A stretch of 64,000 nt of DNA, taken from the NCBI GenBank assembly GCA_002269645.1, contig NIVC01000616.1:62001-126000 (forward strand), read 5' to 3'. Shown one piece after another: positions 55,201 through 64,000 of the stretch. Source of the DNA: Macrostomum lignano (Eukaryota). The notes beneath the pieces are model-generated. The model was not told where the DNA came from and ran no database searches. It saw only the letters and a program-made list of their open reading frames with translations. Position 1 is the stretch's first letter. The number at the start of each line of letters is the position of its first letter. A program made the translations under genes and the position numbers.

Positions 55201-55525
55201 TGCTTTAGCAAAAATGATAAAAATCATTTATTTTCACAACATAAAAAAGGTCATTTATTTTCACAAAACCAGTGTATTTTTGAAAATTAGCATACATTAA
55301 ATTTTTTTGGCATGCATTTGTAATTATTCAAGTTTTGTTAGGGTGTGCACCCAGCATGATCTAGACTATGGGGGTGGGCTAACTAGCCAAATTTGTGCTA
55401 GGAATTACTGCTATGGTTGCCATGCTATTAATATTATATTGTTGTTGCTGCTATTGGCCAAGGCAGTTGGCTACTAGGACTGCATAAGGCAAACCAGGTT
55501 AGCCTAGCATTCTGCACTGAGAGTT

Positions 55526-55920
55526 GGGCTCACCAATGAGGTAAAAGGCCTTTTTAGTTTAATAGATGGAATGGCAGCAAAGATTTTGTATTGCTTTGCA
55601 TGTATATTTATATTTATAAATAATACAAGGTTGTGGCGGCCAGACTACGCAACTGGCAATACCAGTGCAGCCGCACTGGAAACCCCCCCGCCAACCTCTG
55701 TCTAGCTGAGGTGGGGTGGTGGCGCACCGCACTAGCCGGCTCGCTAAGCCAAGGGGGTTGCGTAGCCAATCACGCCACGCCACATGTGCTCACCTCCCTA
55801 GGCCCCTTAATAATCTCGCGCTATTTTCATTTGTATAAATATATGCGCAATGCAGTGCAACATCTTTGCTGCCATTCCATCTATTGAAACTAAAAGGCCT
55901 TCCACCTCATTGGTAAGCCC
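55526..55920. mobile_element. Foldback/MITE-like element with ~100-bp imperfect inverted arms
   Basis: GGGCTCACCAATGAGG...AATAGATGGAATGGCAGCAAAGAT vs its reverse complement at 55822-55920. Confidence 0.6.
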
Positions 55921-57078
55921 GACGTGATCCAAACACACAACCTTTTGATTAAGGAGCCTAAGGAAATACAAAAAGGTAGTGTGGCATGATAGGCTATACT
56001 AACCCTCTCCCCCTAGCTTAGCAAGCTGGCAATAGGCTCAGTGGTCCCAGTGATGCGCAAATTTGCACCTGGTGCAAATGAGGTACAAATGCGCAAATTT
56101 TACAAAAATGGCACAAACTTTTTGCCACTGTATGGTGCAAATTTTTCACAACTGATTGGTGCAAAATTGGAGCTAAGCAGAGTTTAGCTAGTTTTAGAGA
56201 GTTTTTGGCCAAAATTTTAGGTATATGCCAAGTATTTTAAGAGATTAGAAATTTTATATTGCAACAATCAAGGACCTTTTTTCCATTGTTACATACAATT
56301 TTTACATGTATAATAAGAAAATAAGTGTCCTGTCTATTATTCTTTGGAACTTATTCCTTATTCCTTGGAAACTTGCAATCACACAAATATTTAGTACCTC
56401 AAATCTTTAAAATAGCATTTTATCACATTCAAATAATATATTTATTTTTTGTTAACATTCTTGTCACCTTTTAACCACTAGCTTTTTCTTCAAAATGTTA
56501 GACCTTTCATTATAAACTGGAAGACACTAGTACCTATTTTCAAATTTGTGCCTTCTACAAAATTCAAACCTTTGTATACCAGTTTTTGTGTTATAGATCA
56601 TGGAATTTTGTATTCCACTTATAACACAAAACAAGTCAAAGTTTTTGCATGCAGAAGGCATCCTAAAAAGTTGCAAAGTTGTCAAAATTGCTAAAAAGGT
56701 TCTTTATTGTCATTACATGGAAAAAAACTTTTGTATTTCAGAGTAAGCAACTTACCTGAAAAAAATTCTATTCCAAAATTGCCATGCAAGGATTCCATCT
56801 TGGCCTATCTATAGATTATAGTTATCTTAGTACCAATATATTTTGATAACAGTATAACACAAAGTAGCACAACCAGAAATTTTTCATCCTTGATCTAAAG
56901 TATTTATTGCTGAACTTGGCCAAATCTTCTAATTCTTAATCGCCTATAGGCTCACATAGTTAAAACTTTTGGTGGTCAGCACCGTTGGCTTCAGGTAGAC
57001 AAGTGCAAGCTGCAATCTTTATTCTATGAAATAAACAGACAAGTGAATAAATGTGCAGCTTCAATTTCCCACACTCAG

Positions 57079-60000
57079 GTCTCGATTCGGGCATCAAAAC
57101 TCCAACCAGCCCAGGCAGTCGCAGCTCCGGGCCAAAATTCAGCAGGATGCCAGGCAGTTCATTGCTAATCGAAAACGTCAAGGAATCAGCGATGCCAGAC
57201 AGTTGCTGCTTCAACGGAAGCCTGACCCTGGTGAGCTCAGCTGTTTGCTGCCTTGCTCAGTTGCTTACTGCTCCCAACTTCAGCTGTCCCAGTCCCTTCC
57301 TCTGTTCCATCTCAAAACCCATCCTCCATCCCATCTCAAACCCCATCCTCCATCCCATCTCAAAACCCATCCTCCATCCCATCTCAAAACCCATCCTCCA
57401 TCCCATCTCAAAACCCATCCTCCATCCCATCTCAAAACCCATCCTCCATCCCATCTTAAACCCCATCTCAAACCCCATTCTCCATCCCATCTCAAACCCC
57501 ATCCTCCATCCCATCTCAAACCCCATCTCCATCCCATCTCACACCCCATCCTCCATCCCATCTCAAGCCCCATTCTCCATCCCATCTCAAGCCCCATTCT
57601 CCATCCCATTTCAAACCCCATTCTCCATCCCATCTCAAACCCCATCCTCCATCCCATCTCAAACCCCATTCTCCATCCCATCTCAAACCCCATCTCAAAC
57701 CCCATCCTCCATCCCATCTCAAACCCCATTCTCCATCCCATCTCAAGCCCCATCCTCCATCCCATCTCAAACCCCATCCTCCATCCCATCTCAAGCCCCA
57801 TTCTCCATCCCATCTCAAACCCCATCCTCCATCCCATCTCAAGCCCCATTCTCCATCCCATCTCAAACCCCATCTCCATACCATCTCAAACCCCATCTCC
57901 ATCCCATCTCAAGCCCCATCCTCCATCCCATCTCAAACCCCATCTCAAACCCCATCCTCCATCCATCTCAAGCCCCATCCTCCATCCCATCTCAAACCCC
58001 ATCTCAAACCCCATCCTCCATCCCATCTCAAGCCCCATCCTCCATCCCATCTCAAACCCCATCATCCATCCCATCTCAAGCCCCATCCTCCATCCCATCT
58101 CAAACCCCATTCTCCATCCCATCTCAAACCCCATTCTCTATCCCATCTCAAACCCCATCCTCCATCCCATCTCAAACCCCATCCTCCATCCCATTTCAAA
58201 CCCCATCCTCCATCCCATCTCAAACCCCATCCTCCATCCCATCTCAAACCCCATTCTCTATCCCATCTCAAACCCCATCCTCCATCCCATCTCAAACCCC
58301 ATCCTCCATCCCATCTCAAACCCCATCTCAAACCCCATCTCAAACCCCATCCTCCATCCCATCTCAAACCCCATCCTCCATCCCATCTCAAACCCCATCA
58401 TCCATCCCATCTCAAGCCCCATCCTCCATCCCATCTCAAACCCCATTCTCCATCCCATCTCAAACCCCATTCTCTATCCCATCTCAAACCCCATCCTCCA
58501 TCCCATCTCAAACCCCATCCTCCATCCCATTTCAAACCCCATCCTCCATCCCATCTCAAACCCCATCCTCCATCCCATCTCAAACCCCATTCTCTATCCC
58601 ATCTCAAACCCCATCCTCCATCCCATTTTAAACCCCATCCTCCATCCCATCTCAAACCCCATCCTCCATCCCATCTCAAGCCCCATCCTCCATCCCATCT
58701 CAAACCCCATCCTCCATCCCATTTCAAACCCCATCCTCCATCCCATCTCAAACCCCATCCTCCATCCCATCTCAAACCCCATCCTCCATCCCATTTTAAA
58801 CCCCATCCTCCATCCCATCTCAAACCCCATCCTCCATCCCATCTCAAGCCCCATCCTCCATCCCATCTCAAGCCCCATCCTCCATCCCATCTCAAGCCCC
58901 ATCCTCCATCCCATCTCAAACCCCATCCTCCATCCCATCTCAAACCCCATCCTCCATCCCATTTCAAACCCCATTCTCTATCCCATTTTAAACCCATCCC
59001 GAAACCTCAAGCCCACAAAAACCCAAAACGCTGATCACCCAGCCTGCCCCGCATTCCCCAGTGCCCAACGAGGTCCCGGAGGCCCTGCCAGTCGCCGAGC
59101 CGCTGGTGCCGCTGCTGCTGCCGCAGAAGGTGATCGCTAACGACCGGTACCAGCCCCCGCCTCCGCCGCGCATTGACTTGGAATACGACCTGCCCCCGGC
59201 CCCGCGCTTTGTCGGCTCGCGCGCCGCCGCTCCCCCTGGCCAGCCTGTGAGATTTTTATCCCAGCACCAGCCGCCGCTGCCACGTCGTCGGCTGGCGACA
59301 GCCGCTCCCGTCGCTCAGCCGGCGCCTCGGCAGAATCTGCGCCCTGCGCCCCAGCTGCCACCGCAGCCTCATCGCTACGACCAGCCTCCTGGTCGTTACT
59401 ATCCGGATGAAGATTATTCAGTGGAGCCCGAGGACTTTGCCGAAGAGTATTACTACGAAAGTCCGGCTGGGCATGAATACACCGAAATCATTGACGATCT
59501 GGACGAGGATCAGCATCAGCCGCCTGTTGAAGATGAAATCTATGACGATTATGAGCCGTCCGAGTATGACTATGCTCATGCTGCTGAGATGGAGCCGCGC
59601 TATGTTCAGCGCCAGTCGGTTCGCTATGAGCAGCGGCGGCCTCAGTTTGAGCCTGGCTACCAGTACACCGAGCCGGAGCCAAGCGTTCGCAACGGCGCGT
59701 CGACAATGCGGCTGCACCTTCAGGAGCGGCGCCCTGTAGTTGCCGCTGCTGCCACCGCCGCTGTGCCGCGGGCTCCTCGACCGTCTCGCCCCAGGGCCGC
59801 GGCCTCAGCGGCTCTCTACGGTGGCGGCAGCAGCGGCGGTGGTGGCGGGGAGTTCTTCGACCGCCGCCAGCCCCAGTTCCGTCAAATTGATGCCGACGGC
59901 GATGTCGAAATGGTCGCCGCCATGTCAGAGCGTCGGCGACATCGGAGCCGATCGCCACAGCTGGCGAGGCCGTCGACGGCTTTTTCCGCCGCTGCTGCTG

Positions 60001-61000
60001 CTGCCGGTGCCCCGTCGCGGTCCAGCGCCGCTCATCGACAGTCGCACCAGGGTTTGTCGGGGCGCGCCGTCGCTGCTCAGCCTGCCGCTGCTGCTGCCGG
60101 TACTTCGTCGGGGCGTTCGACCGAGGACGTCGTCAAGGTTTGCGATTGTGTTTTATATTTTGGCGTAACATGTCTCCTGCTGGTAAGCCACTGTATAGAA
60201 TGATTTAGAGTAGGATAATTTCGAATTTTAGTAAGTTTTTTTAATTCATAAGCTTCATCGAAATTTCCCTTCCCAAACCCTTTGTTTTAAATACCTTACC
60301 CAGATCACAGATCTCAAATCCCAAACTGCAGATCTCAAATCCCAAACTGCAGATCTCAAATCCCAAACTGCAGATCTCAAATCCCAAACTGCAGATCTCA
60401 AATCCCAAACTGCAGATCTCAAATCTCAAACTGCAGATCTCAAATCCCAAACTGCAGATCTCAAATCCCAAACTGCAGATCTCAAATCCCAAACTGCAGA
60501 TCTCAAATCCCAAACTGCAGATCTCAAATCCCAAACTGTAGATCTCAAATCTCAAACTGCAGATCTCAAATCCCAAACTGCAGATCTCAAATCCCAAACT
60601 GCAGATCTCAAATCCCAAACCTAAGATTAACCAATCTGTCTTCCCTTGCCACTGGCACATCAGAGCGCCGCGCCAGACCACTGGGCTACGGCCTTCCATC
60701 TGGCTTACCCACCTTACCTGCTGTTTGATATTCCCACCTTCACAGGCCTATAAGGTGTCAATCAGCGGTCTGCACCACAGCGTCACCCGCGACGACATCT
60801 ACGAGCTGTTCTCGTCCGTTGGCTCGGTGCGCAAGTGCTCGATGCTGGGCAGCGGCAAGGCGGAGGTCGTGTTCCCCGACAGGGCTGAGGCCGAGACGGC
60901 AGTGAAGCGGTACAACAACCGCGAGCTGGACGGGGTGCCGATGCGGCTGCAGATTTCTATGGTTGGCATCCGACTGCAGTCGGGCAAGAGTTCCAGGTGA
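57079..61000 (+). CDS. POLDIP3: POLDIP3/SKAR-like RRM protein (first coding exon not identified)
   Basis: Exons 57079-57230 (SRFG...QDARQ...ISDARQ, DAR repeats), 59062-60137, 60746-61000 (RRM: DIYELF...AEVVF...KRYNNRELDGVPM); GT-AG and phases consistent. Confidence 0.8.
57308..58997. repeat. 24-bp intronic minisatellite (AAACCCCATCCTCCATCCCATCTC)
   Basis: Direct reading; fills the POLDIP3 intron. Confidence 0.95.
60305..60620. repeat. 21-bp intronic minisatellite (TGCAGATCTCAAATCCCAAAC)
   Basis: Direct reading. Confidence 0.95.
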
Positions 61001-62204
61001 ATTGACTGCCGAAACGTTTGGATTTGTTTGTTACTGCGTTGGCTTGTTCATTGGTTATATTTTCATTATTTTGCTTTAAAAATACCTTAAAAAACGCATG
61101 TTGTCTACTGTAAGTAAGTGAATTTGATAACAACAGTCTGTTAAATTGTATTGATTGTGCTAGGATTTACTAAATTGTATGATTTTTAGGTAAGTTTGCA
61201 ACATTCTCCCAATGAATATATTGTGGTCTTTATGACACTGCGCACTTTTCATCAACACACACTTGCTGTTCGTTGGCATTTAACCCTAATAAACCAATAA
61301 TTAATTAGGGCCTGCAGTGCTGCAGAATTCTGCCCGCGGAAATGAAATTCTGAAAAATTACACGCGCCTCAGTTATTTGGGCAAGTCTTGGACACAACTG
61401 CATTGCTGTGTGCAGTCATCACAACTCTATTAATAAATATCAGTGTTAAATAGTTCGATATCACAGAAGTCCTTGGGAGTACTATGGGAAGTACTATGGG
61501 ACATACATAGTACATACATAGGTGCATAGTCATTTATATATCAACCAGTTGATCGCAGGTCAAAATGGTTTATTCTGCAGTCTGCACTCGCTCGCGTGTT
61601 ATACCAATATCATGCATCCCGACTGTAGAAGAATCCTGTGCCCCTCAGTTTTTTGTTTTCAACTCGCCGTGTTTGCGAATTGCGATAATTAAGTACTCGT
61701 TGTTTATTGTTAGTTTTTATAAATGTCAACCAGAGGACAAAATTGTTCCGCCATTGATCAACTACAAAAATCTCCCTGACAACTGCATTAGTAGCGCTAT
61801 GAAGAATCTGAGTCTGGGTTTTTTGTGCGTATGCACCTTGAATTTTGAAATCGCACCCTGAAATTGAAAAAGTAGGTGCGGTCTCATGATCCATGCATTC
61901 TTCCCTTTAGTCTTTCCCTTTATACACTGCGTTAAAATAAGAAAAAAAAACAAATTGCATTCTGAGCCTCAAAATCTCACTTTGAAATTGGGCATTAGGG
62001 TGCGATTTTGCACCCTTGTCGCTGGCAAAAAACCCAGATCTGAGTGCGAAGGCCTGAATTTTTTTAAGCACGGACATTGCTATAGTTGAGCTTTAACTCA
62101 TGTTGCTATATATTTATATTATTATTACACATGTCCGTGTCCGTGCTTAAAAAATTTTGAGAGCTTCAGAAATGTTAAGAGCATGATGAAAAATCACGCT
62201 CAGG

Positions 62205-62560
62205 TGTCCTTACTCACCTGGTGCCACCTGTTGAAGGTGCCGACGGCGTCGGGGTGATGACTGAAGGCTCGAGAGACTAGCTGAGAATGTTCGGCAGTTG
62301 AGGTTTGCCCATTATTGAAGCTTGATAAGAAAAACCTGACATATTTTCAACAGAATGTCCATAGTCACCTGGTGCACCTGTTGAAGGTGCCGACGGCGTC
62401 GGGGTGATGACTGAATGCTTGACTGACTAGCTGAGGATGTCCAGCAGTTGATTTTTGCCCACTGTCGAGGCTTGATCAGCAAAACTAGAGAAATCCGCAT
62501 CAGGGTGTCCATAGTCACCTGGTGCCACAGCTGTTGAGGGTCCAGAAGCTCCACCTGGGG
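62205..62560 (-). repeat. ~150-bp tandem duplication/triplication with splice-like junctions
   Basis: TCACCTGGTG(C)CAC...TGTTGA occurs at ~62213, ~62365, ~62515. Confidence 0.75.
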
Positions 62561-64000
62561 GAAGGCCAGTGACCATCGAAGTCAGAACTGATGCAGACAC
62601 GTGGTCGACGTGCTGATGAAATTTGGAGACTTGGCAAGGCTGCACTGAGGCGCAGTGCTATTTGGCGCACAGGGGTGTACTGAATACACTAGCACTTATG
62701 GGAAAAATCCGACCTTCTGGCAGAATCGTCGAATATCTCGACGCTCCGGAGGGCTGGCGACTTGATTCTTGTTTGAGAAGGTGCGCAACAAAAAGTTAGC
62801 CCGTGTTCTTGAATTTCGTGTGCCTGCGTTGCTCCGTTCCGGCGCAGCAGAAAATTGTCGGGGGGGGGGATTTTTCGCCCCCTCTTGGTAGTTCGACGGG
62901 CGGAAAAATGACTTGGTATTCCTACTGTTAACAACCACGCTGGAAAAGAGATAGGAGAATCATGGATAGAGTTGGATTAAATCTACCACTTGTTGACCAA
63001 CTGGTTTCTGAATGAAAACTTCATCATTTTACCATTTTACCTCTTAGTTCGCACAGTCTTGTTCAAAAGAAACGAGCAGGACTTCAATTCAAGCAATAAG
63101 AAATCTCAGCGCTTGCGGAAATTCAATTCAAACGAAGTCCCTTTTCTATTGAAACAGATGAAATTCGATCTAGAGAAATTAGCCCCTAGAGAGCCTTGAT
63201 GATAGTCTGTCACTGTTGCTTATAATAGTATATTTCCGAGGCTGCTGCCCCACGATCTCTTCCTCGAATTCTGCTTCAACTTCATTGAGTTCATCCTCAG
63301 TCTTCTAGCAATTCGTCTTCAATCTGATCTTCAGCACTCATGTTGATTCTAGCTTCTCTATACCCTCTCCTCTCTACATTCCATTGCCCTCAGGTCATGC
63401 GCTGGGTTGTCTGGCCCTTATGGTAGCAATGTTTTCCGGCCCCTGGTCTAGCGCAATGAAACTGTTTATAGAATTGAGCATGGCAAATGCAATCTAAACT
63501 TGAGTTGCAGTCGGACAGGCAGGATTGTTTTCTTTGGCACGAAGCTTAGAAAAATAAAATGCAACGAAGACAATAGAAAGAGAGACCTGCGTGCGACCTA
63601 AAAAATAAAAAATATTGCAGTAATTTTCTTGACAAGTTCCAGATTCAATGCCATGCATTTTGTGACCCTGGCCCTCGGCCCGAGCCACTTCAGTCTCACC
63701 ATCAGGAGCCTCAAGGCTAGGTAGCATTGAGCAGGCTTGTATGAAAAAGAAAAAGCTCAGATGCTTACGTCTAGATGTCGCAAAATTTGCGCAGTCTCTG
63801 TATGCATTCAATTGCCTAATTGCTATGCCATTCAAGTTGAGAGGCCGGTTATGCATTGACCCACTCCCCGAAATTTAGGTTAAGAGCACGTTTTTTAGGG
63901 CTTTGTTTTGCAAGTAAGCAAAAACGTGCTCCCCGCCCCAGATTGCTTGTCTATAAATTCGACCGCCTCGAGCTCACAAGAGCCCCAAGACCCAAGACGG

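Noticed and set aside
63884-63930. 12-bp hairpin GAGCACGTTTTT / AAAAACGTGCTC
   Set aside because: No CTRR Helitron end or other context; cannot be assigned at the window edge.

Overview
Eukaryotic (animal) genomic DNA dominated by mobile elements and minisatellites. A flatworm such as Macrostomum is only a guess from the satellite-filled introns. In order: (1) the 3' part of a Ty3/Gypsy LTR retrotransposon that carries an intact J-domain (DnaJ, HPD motif) ORF in the env position, upstream of its polypurine tract; (2) a decayed Polinton/Maverick remnant (PLA2-like, ATPase, penton, core protein); (3) a 31-bp minisatellite with two hAT-type MITEs; (4) a 9-coding-exon PICK1 gene (minus strand) whose long introns each hold a different minisatellite; (5) a full-length 14.9-kb Polinton/adintovirus-like element (22316-37238) with ~0.9-1 kb TIRs, a CTTCTT target-site duplication and a full virion module but several small lesions, inserted 123 bp upstream of the PICK1 start; (6) a second Gypsy element with a triplicated tRNA-Leu primer-binding site, a -1 frameshift signal, intact gag/pol and a non-env ORF3; (7) a 2.7-kb hAT-type non-autonomous element carrying a decayed ORF and a minisatellite built from its own subterminal motif; (8) a decayed BEN-like ORF; (9) a POLDIP3-like gene (plus strand). 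All family calls come from motif recognition by eye; no database searches were run.
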